Origin: Simkaniaceae bacterium | Lineage (GTDB): Bacteria > Chlamydiota > Chlamydiia > Chlamydiales > JAJFMI01 | DNA: 64,000 nucleotides | Direction of reading: 5' to 3' | Assembly: GCA_040880145.1 (NCBI GenBank) | Contig: JBBDIZ010000029.1 | Location: 15,483 to 79,482, forward strand | In this document: one piece after another, positions 18,998 to 28,150 of the stretch | How positions within the stretch are numbered: the stretch's first letter is position 1 | Layout of the letters: each line of letters begins with the position of its first letter | The notes under the pieces: model-generated | Database searches by the model: none | The model's input: only the letters and a program-made list of their open reading frames with translations | Told to the model about the DNA's origin: nothing | Program-made: the position numbers and the translations under genes

Positions 18998-19026
18998 TTG
19001 TACAATATCCTGAATTTTGTTAGAGT
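18998..19026 (+). promoter_or_regulatory. Sigma70/sigma66-type promoter for the omegaRNA-like/tRNA-Leu transcript
   Basis: TTGTAC-17 bp-TAGAGT with an extended TG. Confidence 0.65.
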
Positions 19027-19032
19027 ACCACT

Positions 19033-19186
19033 ACCTTTAAAGGTCTACCGTGGGGCTCACGGGATGTTAAGCCTTTGGAGAGAACGGAAAACTTTTCAAC
19101 AATAATTTGTTGCAAGGTTGTTCTCTGTGAATTAGGAATCCCCTGAATTTAGTCATAGGGAGTTGTCAAACTTTTCTTATCGGTTG
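19033..19186 (+). ncRNA. Stand-alone IS200/IS605 TnpB right-end (omega) RNA-like element with a putative 17-nt guide
   Basis: TACCGTGGGGCTCACGGGATGTTAAGCCTTTGGAG...GAATTAGGAATCCCCTGAATTTAGTCATAGGGAGTTGTCAA; homologous to the 28151-28311 copy with covariation. Confidence 0.7.
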
Positions 19187-19272
19187 GCGGAAGTGGCGGA
19201 ATTGGCAGACGCGCTACCTTGAGGTGGTAGTGGGAGTTATATCCCTTGGGGGTTCAAGTCCCCCTTTTCGCA
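19187..19272 (+). tRNA. tRNA-Leu(GAG)
   Basis: GCGGAAG acceptor, GGAATTGGCAGAC D-loop, ctacc-tt-GAG-gt-ggtag, long variable arm, GTTCAAGTC. Confidence 0.95.
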
Positions 19273-19315
19273 AATTTTATTTTTGATTAACATGGCCTAC
19301 ACTATAGGAGGTGTA

Positions 19316-22018
19316 ATGCGGTGTCTATTGTTTCTTTTTGCTCTGTCACGTCTTATTGGAGCCCCGATTTTCGATAATGTCCTTTCTCTGTCAGAGCTCG
19401 GTCAGCGGGCGAATAAGATTCCGAACTTGCTTCCTGCCGCTCGAATCACTTCAAGTCAGCCTCTTCGAACGAACGATTATCAGACACTTCAGCTCAGCCA
19501 GTCGAATCGCTCGATCATTCGTATGGGACCTTACTTGGTGAGTCAAGCAGGATCAGGCGGTGTATTTGGCAATGGGCCCGGAGTCACGTTCCCTGCTAAA
19601 GTTTTTGTTTCAACGGGAACAAATCCCTCTCTTCAAATAACAGCAGCAAATTCTGATACGCTTCTCGTCTTTGGATCTTCTGAGACGGCCACTTATACGC
19701 TTTCATCAAAACTTGGATCAGGATCGGGGCAGTCGGCTTCTTTTCAAAGTATGGATTTGACCTATACCCACCCTTCCGATATAGGAAAATGGATTCGAAA
19801 CTCTTTGGTTGTTGGTAATGCTTTTTTTGACTGCCGCTACAATGACTTATCTCCAATCTTTACAGCGGATGGCGATACTCACTTGAGTGAAGTGACGATT
19901 TTTAGCGCGGCCTTCCCGATGGGAAAGACCTTTACTCCTGCTTTGGGCGCTATTCAAACATTGGATAAAGCGAATAAACTAAGAGTATCTCTAATCAATA
20001 CGATTACAAATAAATTGCAGGAGTGGTTGATTTATGTAGAGCCGCCGGAGACCATGCCTGCCGGCACTCCTGAAATCGCTTTTGAGGCTTATTTTAATGG
20101 CTCCGGACCCAATTTACTCGAGTCTCAAGCTGGGGCCGATGTTCCTTTTACAGGATTTTTAAGGGCGGCTATTGTTCAAGCAGCGCCTGTTCCTTTAAAA
20201 CAAGATACACGGTTTCAAAAGGCTCTGGGTCCACCAAGCGAGGTCGATCGCTGGTCTACAGCGCTTGGCATTCAAATTATAGCGGCTTCGCCCGCTTCAA
20301 TGTATGTGCTTTGGCCAAAGGATTTTCGCGCGGGCGCTGTGACCAAAATTCGAAAAAACATGAAGGATAATCAATTTTTGCCTTTTTGCCCTTGGATTGC
20401 AAATTTCTTGCCTTTGATTGCCTTAGAGGATTCGGAAGCTGCAAGCGGCTTTTTCTATGCGCTTCAAGATCGGGGGGCGAGCGGATTTGGATTGGGGGTC
20501 AACCCTTTTCTAGGCTATTTCAATGTGCTTTTCGGAAAGTATCAAGCGTCAAGTATCGATGCTTATCAACAAAAAAATCGAAGTTATCCAAGCTATACAC
20601 TATCTGCTTCAGCCTCTTCGATTGAAAGCGTCTATGATGCGTATCGAAGCGTGATCCCTCTTTCGGCTGAGGTGAGTTTTTTAGCCGATAGCTACACTTG
20701 GACTTATACAGTCGTCAATGGAAGTGATCCATTAATTGTTTTTCCTCGTTACAAACAGCTGGATGCGAGCTCTTCGTTACCTCAATTAAAATCTGATTTT
20801 ATTGTAAAAGACCCCTTCAAAGGAGATCTTTTGGCTGTAGAGGCCGCTTCAAATAGCGTCACTTTTTCTGAGGGGCCTTCTCCTTCATTCTTAAATCAAG
20901 GCTTTATCCCAGATGGGCTGTTCTCTTCTTTTTCTCAAGATGAGACTCGAACGCTTATAGATCTTTTTCAGAAAGAGATGGCAAATTTTTCTCCTGGAAT
21001 TGTTATTAATAACACCAACTTAATTTATACGATTGGACAGGTTGCATATAAATGGGCATCAACTGTGCGCTATGGAGCTTATTTAATGGGAAAAATGGGG
21101 AAAAGTGCTGCTGAAATCAAGACGCTCACTTCTCCTGTGATGACCGCTTTAAAATCCTTTTTTGAAGAGTGGATGATCAATCGTCAAAAGAAAGTACGGG
21201 ATGCAAATGGGGGGAGTCTGCCGGATTCTGCAACTGCGGTGAATTTTTTTGTAGGCGATTCGACAAATCCTGCTGTCAGTGCCGATTTATCGGGAATGAA
21301 TAATCAAAATCCCGGCACCAATTTTGGAAATGCTTTTTATAACGATCACCATTTACAATATGGTTATTGGCTGGGTGTTGCCGCCTATATTGTTGAATGG
21401 GACAATACCTACAATTCTTCAAACCCTTGGATTGCTACGACAAAGCTAACAGCTACGGGCGCCGGCCCCTACAAGATGAAGCGTTTTGTCGATTTATTGT
21501 GGCGGGATACGCGAAATCCCGATACGGAAGATCCTGATTTACCCTTTAATCGTCACGGAAACATATGGGAGGGGCATAGCACAGCTCTTGGGATCGTTCC
21601 GACGCTTGCTCAGACCAATGGACGCAATCAAGAGAGTTTGGCAGAAGATTTCAACTGCTGGCTTCAAGCCTATTTTTATGCGAGCGAGGTGTTAAAGTCG
21701 ACAGGGTTGACATCGGATGATTTAAAAGGATTTGACACGTTGGTCGATTTTTGTGAGCTAGGATTAAGGCTTGCGGCAACGGGCGGAAATGTCTACTACA
21801 ATACACCTAATTGGCCTTATGCCAATCGTCCGGGCTTGAATTTCAATGTCGCAATTGCCAATATCTGGGATAGCTTAGTCGATATGAATACTTTTTTCCC
21901 TCCTGGAACGCCGCCGTGCAAGATTTCAGCAGAAGATATGGTCTTCTCTCAAAGTCGACTCAATGCCTTCTTTGAGAATTATCTCGAGGATGAAAAACAA
22001 GTGGTCGATCAACTATGA
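19316..22018 (+). CDS. Secreted glycoside hydrolase family 81-like (endo-beta-1,3-glucanase-like) protein
   Basis: GGAGG RBS and signal peptide; FGNAFYNDHHLQYGYW, WEGHS.A.G and GRNQESLAE match GH81 YNDHH and ESxxE catalytic motifs. Confidence 0.75.
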   Translation: MRCLLFLFALSRLIGAPIFDNVLSLSELGQRANKIPNLLPAARITSSQPLRTNDYQTLQLSQSNRSIIRMGPYLVSQAGSGGVFGNGPGVTFPAKVFVSTGTNPSLQITAANSDTLLVFGSSETATYTLSSKLGSGSGQSASFQSMDLTYTHPSDIGKWIRNSLVVGNAFFDCRYNDLSPIFTADGDTHLSEVTIFSAAFPMGKTFTPALGAIQTLDKANKLRVSLINTITNKLQEWLIYVEPPETMPAGTPEIAFEAYFNGSGPNLLESQAGADVPFTGFLRAAIVQAAPVPLKQDTRFQKALGPPSEVDRWSTALGIQIIAASPASMYVLWPKDFRAGAVTKIRKNMKDNQFLPFCPWIANFLPLIALEDSEAASGFFYALQDRGASGFGLGVNPFLGYFNVLFGKYQASSIDAYQQKNRSYPSYTLSASASSIESVYDAYRSVIPLSAEVSFLADSYTWTYTVVNGSDPLIVFPRYKQLDASSSLPQLKSDFIVKDPFKGDLLAVEAASNSVTFSEGPSPSFLNQGFIPDGLFSSFSQDETRTLIDLFQKEMANFSPGIVINNTNLIYTIGQVAYKWASTVRYGAYLMGKMGKSAAEIKTLTSPVMTALKSFFEEWMINRQKKVRDANGGSLPDSATAVNFFVGDSTNPAVSADLSGMNNQNPGTNFGNAFYNDHHLQYGYWLGVAAYIVEWDNTYNSSNPWIATTKLTATGAGPYKMKRFVDLLWRDTRNPDTEDPDLPFNRHGNIWEGHSTALGIVPTLAQTNGRNQESLAEDFNCWLQAYFYASEVLKSTGLTSDDLKGFDTLVDFCELGLRLAATGGNVYYNTPNWPYANRPGLNFNVAIANIWDSLVDMNTFFPPGTPPCKISAEDMVFSQSRLNAFFENYLEDEKQVVDQL

Positions 22019-22788
22019 AAAAATTTTTTCTCTCTTTTTTTTTATCGCTTTCTATTTTGAGAGGTGCCTCTTGCCTTGATTTCCATAACTATTCAAAGCT
22101 TTGGCTTGGGCCTCAATTTTTCCACCTTCATTTGGGTGTCGAGGAGCTCAATACTTACAAAGGGTATTTAGGAGGGGCTGCCGCCGGGTTTGAAAGAAAG
22201 TATATTTGGGATCTCTATGTCAATCTCAACGGTTCCTACGCTTTAGGCAATCTTTCAGGAAATGGAGGTCGAAGCCGCTATATTCATGATGAATATGTTG
22301 AAGGACTCTTTGGTTTAAGCATTCCTTTAAGTTGCCAATGTAATTGGGTCCTGACCCCTTATCTTGGATATGGATTTACCTTTGTCGATCACCATTTATC
22401 CGCTCCAAACTTGTCTTCTTTAAAGTTCCGTTACTCAAAATACTATCTGCCTATCGGATTCATCCTTGATTATACACCTTTCGATTTTTGGAATATCGGC
22501 TTGGATTTTAAGTGGATGCCTCAGATCGATCCTCTTCTTAAGATCGTTGAGCTTTCAGGGGGAAGATGGGAATTGGCTCATAAGCAAGGCTATATGGTTA
22601 AACTTCCGCTTTCGTTTGAGCTGTATGAAAAAAATCAGACCTTTTGGAGTCTGACTTTAACACCTTTTTGGCGCTGGACTAAGGATGGCTCAACTCAAGC
22701 TGTAACAAACAATGGAACTCCTTTAGATATCGTAGAAAATCTCTATATCTATTGGGGGGCTCAAGCCGCTTTTGCCATTCATTTTTAG
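22015..22788 (+). CDS. Outer-membrane beta-barrel protein
   Basis: Signal peptide, alternating aromatic/Gly beta-strands, terminal ...AAFAIHF; ATGA overlap with the upstream gene. Confidence 0.75.
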   Translation: MKKFFLSFFLSLSILRGASCLDFHNYSKLWLGPQFFHLHLGVEELNTYKGYLGGAAAGFERKYIWDLYVNLNGSYALGNLSGNGGRSRYIHDEYVEGLFGLSIPLSCQCNWVLTPYLGYGFTFVDHHLSAPNLSSLKFRYSKYYLPIGFILDYTPFDFWNIGLDFKWMPQIDPLLKIVELSGGRWELAHKQGYMVKLPLSFELYEKNQTFWSLTLTPFWRWTKDGSTQAVTNNGTPLDIVENLYIYWGAQAAFAIHF

Positions 22789-22791
22789 GCT

Positions 22792-22812
22792 CTATACCGA
22801 AACGACTTCAAA
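22792..22812. repeat. Half copy of the TATACCGAAAC repeat, forming the recO 3' end
   Basis: ctataccgaaacgacttcaaa; encodes FEVVSV* on the minus strand. Confidence 0.75.
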
Positions 22813-23361
22813 GTTTTTGGGTAGCTGGATCTCTTCGATTTCACTAAATTTGCGCGCATTTACTAAACGTGTAATCAACACTTTCTCTTGAGGGGTTGAA
22901 TCGATTGAGCATAAAGAATACTCCCCCTCGTGCTTGAGAAGTTTTAGATAAAAGCTCCACTTTAAAGCTAAAAGGTTTGAGCATCGGCCTAAATATTTGA
23001 GATAAGAGCTAAGGAGAAGATAGAGATCTTTACTGGGCTTCTGGGGGAGTTGGGTTTTCAAAATCATTTTAAAAAATTCAAAGGAAAGGCTCATTTTCTC
23101 CCAACTCTCTCTGATAGGCAAATGAAGATCTAGAAGCGTTCCGTCTCGATACTGAAAGAGTTCACCCCGGCCGGGCTGAAGATTGTAGTCACCCTTTGAT
23201 AGAGGGCTGATTAAATTTAATTGAATTAGGTTTTTTTTTGAGGGGGCGTATGCGATAAAAGAGAGAAGACCCTCTTCTTTGGTCAAGAGGGTGCAAACTT
23301 TTTTTTCTTTAAGGATATCGATTTTTTTTAGAAGGATGCCTTCAACTTTTATCGGTTTCAC
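22792..23361 (-). CDS. recO: DNA repair protein RecO
   Basis: EGILLK...TLLTKEEG OB-fold start, F.LKLLKHEG; chlamydial synteny. Confidence 0.8.
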   Translation of the reverse strand: MKPIKVEGILLKKIDILKEKKVCTLLTKEEGLLSFIAYAPSKKNLIQLNLISPLSKGDYNLQPGRGELFQYRDGTLLDLHLPIRESWEKMSLSFEFFKMILKTQLPQKPSKDLYLLLSSYLKYLGRCSNLLALKWSFYLKLLKHEGEYSLCSIDSTPQEKVLITRLVNARKFSEIEEIQLPKNFEVVSV

Positions 23362-23404
23362 TATGACAAAAAGCCTTGTATTTGATACACTTCATGAGTT
23401 ATTA

Positions 23405-23478
23405 GCACCGATAGCTCAATTGGATAGAGTACCTGGCTTCGGACCAGGTGGTTGGAGGTTCGAGTCCTCTTCGGTGCA
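23405..23478 (+). tRNA. tRNA-Arg(TCG)
   Basis: GCACCGA/TCGGTGC acceptor, cctgg-ct-TCG-ga-ccagg, GTTCGAGTC. Confidence 0.95.
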
Positions 23479-23511
23479 TAAACGTTCCTATCTATTAAGT
23501 ATGAGGAAAAT

Positions 23512-24150
23512 ATGTCAGATGTCAACATTGGTGATGAAGCGTATCGCCTTTCTATTTTTGGACACAATGTCGAAGTTACGAAGCCTATTCGTGAATATAT
23601 TGTTGAAAAACTTCACAAGATTGAGCATTTCACGGATCTTTTGATCGATGTTATGGTCAGGCTTGATGTGCAAAAACTTGATCATAAATGTGAACTTGTT
23701 TTGAAGTTTTCTCACTTCAAGGTCGTAACTCATGCCGATACAACGGATATGTATGCATCGATTGATAAGGCTTTTGTTAAACTGCAAGCCAAACTTCGTC
23801 GATGGAAAGGCCGTATTCAGTCCCATCATGCGAAAATCCCTCAACAACCGACTATCGAAAAAGTTTCTGTTAACGTCTTCGAATCAGAGGAAGAAGCTTT
23901 AGAGGAGATCAATGATCAAATTGAGGAGCAGAACCTCAACTCATTTTTAAATGAATTGCCGAAGATTGCAAAGAGTAAATCAATCCCTTTAAAGATGCTT
24001 CGAACAGATGAAGCGATCATGAAAATGGAACTCTCTCATGATCATTTTATGCTTTATCGCTGCGAAGAGGATCAAAAATTAAAGGTGATCTATCGACGCC
24101 GTGACGGGAGTTATGGGGTCATTGCTGCAGAGGAAAGCGCTGTTTCCTGA
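23512..24150 (+). CDS. hpf: Ribosome hibernation factor (long HPF/RaiA)
   Basis: GHNVEVT..IREY...K, DMYASID, C-terminal EAIMKMELSHDHF...VIYRRRDGSYGVI. Confidence 0.88.
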   Translation: MSDVNIGDEAYRLSIFGHNVEVTKPIREYIVEKLHKIEHFTDLLIDVMVRLDVQKLDHKCELVLKFSHFKVVTHADTTDMYASIDKAFVKLQAKLRRWKGRIQSHHAKIPQQPTIEKVSVNVFESEEEALEEINDQIEEQNLNSFLNELPKIAKSKSIPLKMLRTDEAIMKMELSHDHFMLYRCEEDQKLKVIYRRRDGSYGVIAAEESAVS

Positions 24151-24553
24151 AGAGCGCGTACGCCAAAAATTGCTGCGTGAGATGATTAACGAGAAGGGCT
24201 ATTGCTCTTCTCATATTTTAGTCGAAAGAGGGCTGAATCAGTTACCTCACTTGGCGATGAGGGCCTCGCTTCCTGATAGACGTTTTGATCTTCTTGCATA
24301 TGAAAATAAATCGTTAAACCCTCTTCTTCTTGTTGAGTGTAAGGCCTGTAAGCTTAGCGAGCGTGTGCTTGAGCAGGTATTAGGCTATAATCATTTTGTT
24401 GGAGCACCTTTTTTTGCCCTATCGAATAGCAAGCAGGTGATCACATTTTGGCAGGAGAAGGGAGAGTTAAAATACCTCCAAAAATTGCCCTCATATGATG
24501 AGCTTATTACCCTCAAAAATTCTATATCTAAAAAAACTCACTTCAGCTGCTAA
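24101..24553 (+). CDS. HsdR N-terminal-like (PD-(D/E)xK) domain protein
   Basis: PEERVRQ, RFDLL, LLVECKA, QVLGYN, LSN. Confidence 0.75.
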   Translation: MTGVMGSLLQRKALFPEERVRQKLLREMINEKGYCSSHILVERGLNQLPHLAMRASLPDRRFDLLAYENKSLNPLLLVECKACKLSERVLEQVLGYNHFVGAPFFALSNSKQVITFWQEKGELKYLQKLPSYDELITLKNSISKKTHFSC

Positions 24554-25610
24554 AGACTTCCTAAGCAAACATCCAAATGGACAGGTCATTGTATGGGGCG
24601 ATTTGAAGCAAGATGAAGAGCGGATTTGGTTTCCGGAGACTTTTGAAGAATTTAAAGCGCTTGTTTGGCGTCATATTTTAATTCCATTTGAGGTCGGGCA
24701 AAATGCGGATGAAATCAAAGATTTTATTGAAGGCGCCCAGCTTGTCCTTCATGAATTTAGCGATTTTAAAATCAAAAAAATAGAAAATCTCTTAAGTCAC
24801 CTCGCTCACTTTCAATCGTTTCAAGAAGGTCGAGCTTTCAAGGGAGCTTTCAAGGGAAAAAGAGCCGTTATTTGTGGAGCAGGCCCTTCAATTGAAACAA
24901 TTGAAAGAGTCTTAAAGCAGGGAGACCTTCTCTTAGCAGCGGGTTCAGGGATTAAACTTCTTGTAGATCGGGGGATTTCCCCTGATTTTGGTGTGATTAT
25001 CGATCCTGAGCCATATAGTGAAAACTATTTAAAAACTTGCGATATTCCTTGTTTTTTTCAGCCGCGCACCTCTTCGAAAATATTAAAAACAATGACAAGG
25101 CCTCCAATTTTCATGGGATCGGGGGATGAATTTCCTCTAGAAGATGCCTTACTTTGTTCGAGCGGTATCGAGCCTTATTTTTTCAATGCGGGTTGGAATG
25201 CTGCGACGTTTGCTTATGCCATTGCTCAATTTTTAGGATGTGAAGAGATTGTCCAAGTGGGAGTGGACCTTAAAGAAAAGAGAAAAGATTTCAGACAAGC
25301 AAAAATCTGGTATGAGGAATTTCAAAACAACGACTCCCTTTTAAAGGCAAATGAGTCTGAAATTTTGGTGAAAACGCCCTTTCATTTGTCAGAAGAAATT
25401 GCAGAGTTAAAAAAAGCTTTATCTGAGGAGAATCCTTATTTGAGAGAAGCGGAATTGATCTGTCTAAAACTCTATGATTTACTGCTCATTCCTCTTTGGC
25501 AAGTTTTTCAACCTCTATTTGAAGGAAGGGAGGGGGAAGATTTCAATTTGCACCGCCACCTCTTTTTTCAGCAGGTCGTTCAGGAGTATTCAGATGCATT
25601 CTTATCTTGA
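24495..25610 (+). CDS. Maf-type glycosyltransferase (DUF115) family protein
   Basis: FKGKRAVICGAGPS, GISPDFGVIIDP, LGCEEIVQVGVDL. Confidence 0.75.
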   Translation: MMSLLPSKILYLKKLTSAAKDFLSKHPNGQVIVWGDLKQDEERIWFPETFEEFKALVWRHILIPFEVGQNADEIKDFIEGAQLVLHEFSDFKIKKIENLLSHLAHFQSFQEGRAFKGAFKGKRAVICGAGPSIETIERVLKQGDLLLAAGSGIKLLVDRGISPDFGVIIDPEPYSENYLKTCDIPCFFQPRTSSKILKTMTRPPIFMGSGDEFPLEDALLCSSGIEPYFFNAGWNAATFAYAIAQFLGCEEIVQVGVDLKEKRKDFRQAKIWYEEFQNNDSLLKANESEILVKTPFHLSEEIAELKKALSEENPYLREAELICLKLYDLLLIPLWQVFQPLFEGREGEDFNLHRHLFFQQVVQEYSDAFLS

Positions 25611-27213
25611 AAAGCGCTATCCACAGCTTTTTTTTCTCTTGCAGATGGCAGGTAAATCTCCTCAATTAATGAGATTTAAAAATGTTCATAAAAACTTAAA
25701 TAATCTCGATGCTCTTTATCTTTTTGGATTAGATCAAGGAGAGCTCTACTTAGAGCTCAAGCCTTGGTTAGAGGAGGACAAAAAACGCCGCCTCATCATT
25801 GTTTTACCGGATTTAGCGGTTTTAGCAGGGTTAGAGAATCACCCTCTAATAATCGATCCCCAAGTGGAGTTAAGAGGCGCGTTTGAGAATGCATCTCTAC
25901 AGACTTTATCGTATGATTTGGCTTTCGCCTTTCCATTTAAACGTATCGAGGTGATCTCTTTAGAAAAAACAGCTAAATCCCGCCGTTTTACTTACTTGAT
26001 TAAGCGAGCGACAACACTTTCTCAAGCTCTTTTTAACGAAGAATACCTCTACCATGGGATTGTTCAAAATTTAGTCTCTAATTTTAAAAAATTAGAGGGC
26101 TGTTTCTATGTGAATAACCAAGAAGGGGCATTTAAGGGAATCCCGGCAATTTGTTGCGGGGCAGGACCAAGTTTAGATGAGCTCATTTTACAATTAAAAA
26201 AATGCCAAAATCAAACCCTTATTATTGCTGGGGGCTCTGCAATTACAGCTTTGACTAATCGAGGCATAGAGCCTCACATCGGGATGGCGATTGATCCCAA
26301 TTTTGAAGAGTATGAGCGATTAAAAGAGAATCGCGCGAATCAGATGCCCCTAATTTTTGGGGGGCGGCTTAATCACCGTGTCCTCGAGCAGTTTCAAGGT
26401 CCAAAGGGCTATTTTCGCTCGTTTACAGGCGGGCCGATTGAACATTGGATAGAAGAGCAAATTGGGTTGAAAGAGGGCCCCATTAGTGAGGTAATCAATT
26501 TCGATGCACTCTCCATCACAACCTCGTCGATTAGTCTTGCAGCCTTTCTCGGATGCTCACCGATCTATTTAGCTGGAATCGATCTTGCCTATACCAATTT
26601 AAATCGATACGCGAAGGGGGTCATGAAAACAAGCTCAGTTGAGCTAAAGCGGTTAAAGGATGACTCTCGCGTTAGTGAATCTTACCTCTATCGCTTAGGA
26701 TTAGAGAAAAAGAGAGTTCATACAAATGTCAAGTGGGTCATGGAGAAAAATTGGGTCGATGCCTTTTCGAAAAATCATAAAAAGATAGAGATGATCAATC
26801 TCTCAAAGAAGGGTTTGGGATTTAAAAACGTGCCTCAAGGTGAACTTCGAAGGCATCCTGAAAGAGGTGACTTAAAAGGCTATGTGAAAGAAATTCTTTT
26901 GAGTCGAAAGCTTCAAAATCTCAAGATGGATGAAGCCCTTCAAGATCTTCGCAAGAGCTTTCAAAGGGCATCTGAATTGGTTTTAAAAATGGAAGAAGAT
27001 CAAAAGAGAGCCTTTCTCTATGAAATGGACCTCGAAGACGAGCTTTGTTATTCTCTCGCCCTTCAAAATTATCAAAAACGGCTTGAATATAAACTAAAAC
27101 TCGAAGGAGTTGATACCGATCCAAAAAGCCATCCTGATTATTATCCCGCGTTAAAAAAAGTAATTTCCGACTACTTGCAAATTTTTGACAAAAATGATTC
27201 AGAGAGCCAATAG
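25594..27213 (+). CDS. Maf-type glycosyltransferase (DUF115) family protein
   Basis: PAICCGAGPSL, GIEPHIGMAIDP, LGCSPIYLAGIDLAY, MINLS..G; start at MHSYLEK inferred. Confidence 0.8.
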   Translation: MHSYLEKRYPQLFFLLQMAGKSPQLMRFKNVHKNLNNLDALYLFGLDQGELYLELKPWLEEDKKRRLIIVLPDLAVLAGLENHPLIIDPQVELRGAFENASLQTLSYDLAFAFPFKRIEVISLEKTAKSRRFTYLIKRATTLSQALFNEEYLYHGIVQNLVSNFKKLEGCFYVNNQEGAFKGIPAICCGAGPSLDELILQLKKCQNQTLIIAGGSAITALTNRGIEPHIGMAIDPNFEEYERLKENRANQMPLIFGGRLNHRVLEQFQGPKGYFRSFTGGPIEHWIEEQIGLKEGPISEVINFDALSITTSSISLAAFLGCSPIYLAGIDLAYTNLNRYAKGVMKTSSVELKRLKDDSRVSESYLYRLGLEKKRVHTNVKWVMEKNWVDAFSKNHKKIEMINLSKKGLGFKNVPQGELRRHPERGDLKGYVKEILLSRKLQNLKMDEALQDLRKSFQRASELVLKMEEDQKRAFLYEMDLEDELCYSLALQNYQKRLEYKLKLEGVDTDPKSHPDYYPALKKVISDYLQIFDKNDSESQ

Positions 27214-28012
27214 TAGAAAGAAAACAAGCGGAGATTACGTGAATAGTGATCATTGGCATTATCGCAAGAAAGAAGAAGAATTTGGCTCTTTTAACTTAGA
27301 AGAGATGAGAAAAAAAATCGATGAAGGGGAGATCAATGATGAGACTTTTGTTAGACATAGCCAAGACCCGGATTGGAAGCAGGTAAAAGAGATCAAAGAG
27401 CTCAATATCGAATTTCTCGATACGACACCACCGATTACAAAGCCTGAGCTTGAAGAGCATAATTTAAAGTCAGAAGAGAGAGAGAAAAAGTGGACAAGAC
27501 CCTTTATCCGTTTTTTTGCCCGTATGATGGACTATTCGCTTTTTTATCTTCTTTTGTGGTGCTTCGCTTATTTTTTCAATCAGCCTTTATTTCTACTTCA
27601 CCCCCTTTTTTTTCTAACAATCATAACATTTATTTTTGTCTTTATCGAAGCGCTATTCTTCTCTATCATTGGAACCACGCCGGGAAAGTGGTTTTTGAAA
27701 ACCACAGTTCGAAAAGAAAATGGGAAAAAACCGAGTTATCGCGAGGCTCTTGCTCGAGCTTTAAGTGTTTGGGGGCTGGGGTTTGGCGGGGGTCTTCCCA
27801 TCATTTGTATCATCACAGGAATCGTTGCGAATATCAAGCTTTCGAACACGGGGTTAACAACCTGGGATCGCCACTATCAGTTTAGCGTTACCCACAAGCG
27901 ACTGGGATTTTTCCGGACCTTCTTGACTGTTTTGTATTTTATTTTTTTTATAGCTCTACTCAACGGCGATCTCAATATTTGGAGCCGGCTAGCTATCGGA
28001 ACCAGCCTGTAG
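27185..28012 (+). CDS. RDD-family membrane protein with N-terminal GYF_2-like domain
   Basis: WHY....FGSF...G.I.DETFV....W; RFFARMMD, GTTPGKW, TWD; exact start uncertain. Confidence 0.82.
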   Translation: MTKMIQRANSRKKTSGDYVNSDHWHYRKKEEEFGSFNLEEMRKKIDEGEINDETFVRHSQDPDWKQVKEIKELNIEFLDTTPPITKPELEEHNLKSEEREKKWTRPFIRFFARMMDYSLFYLLLWCFAYFFNQPLFLLHPLFFLTIITFIFVFIEALFFSIIGTTPGKWFLKTTVRKENGKKPSYREALARALSVWGLGFGGGLPIICIITGIVANIKLSNTGLTTWDRHYQFSVTHKRLGFFRTFLTVLYFIFFIALLNGDLNIWSRLAIGTSL

Positions 28013-28150
28013 AGATAGCAAAAACGATGAATGCTAAACAGCATGCAGCCCACCTTTTTTTCTTTTTTCCATGCATTTTCAAATGACTTGAACATCTTAA
28101 CTAACATGAACCCAATAAAAGGTGTTAAGATCATGAGGCCGGAGAGTCGG

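Noticed and set aside
18920..19105. 61-aa ORF over the first omegaRNA-like copy
   Set aside because: Low-complexity translation of promoter, repeat and RNA sequence; no RBS or recognisable motif
3195..22812. Recurring ~23-30-bp repeat as a CRISPR array
   Set aside because: Copies are kilobases apart, in both orientations, with no regular spacers and no cas genes
24101..24553. Type I restriction-modification system
   Set aside because: Only a short HsdR_N-like domain; no helicase motor, hsdM or hsdS nearby
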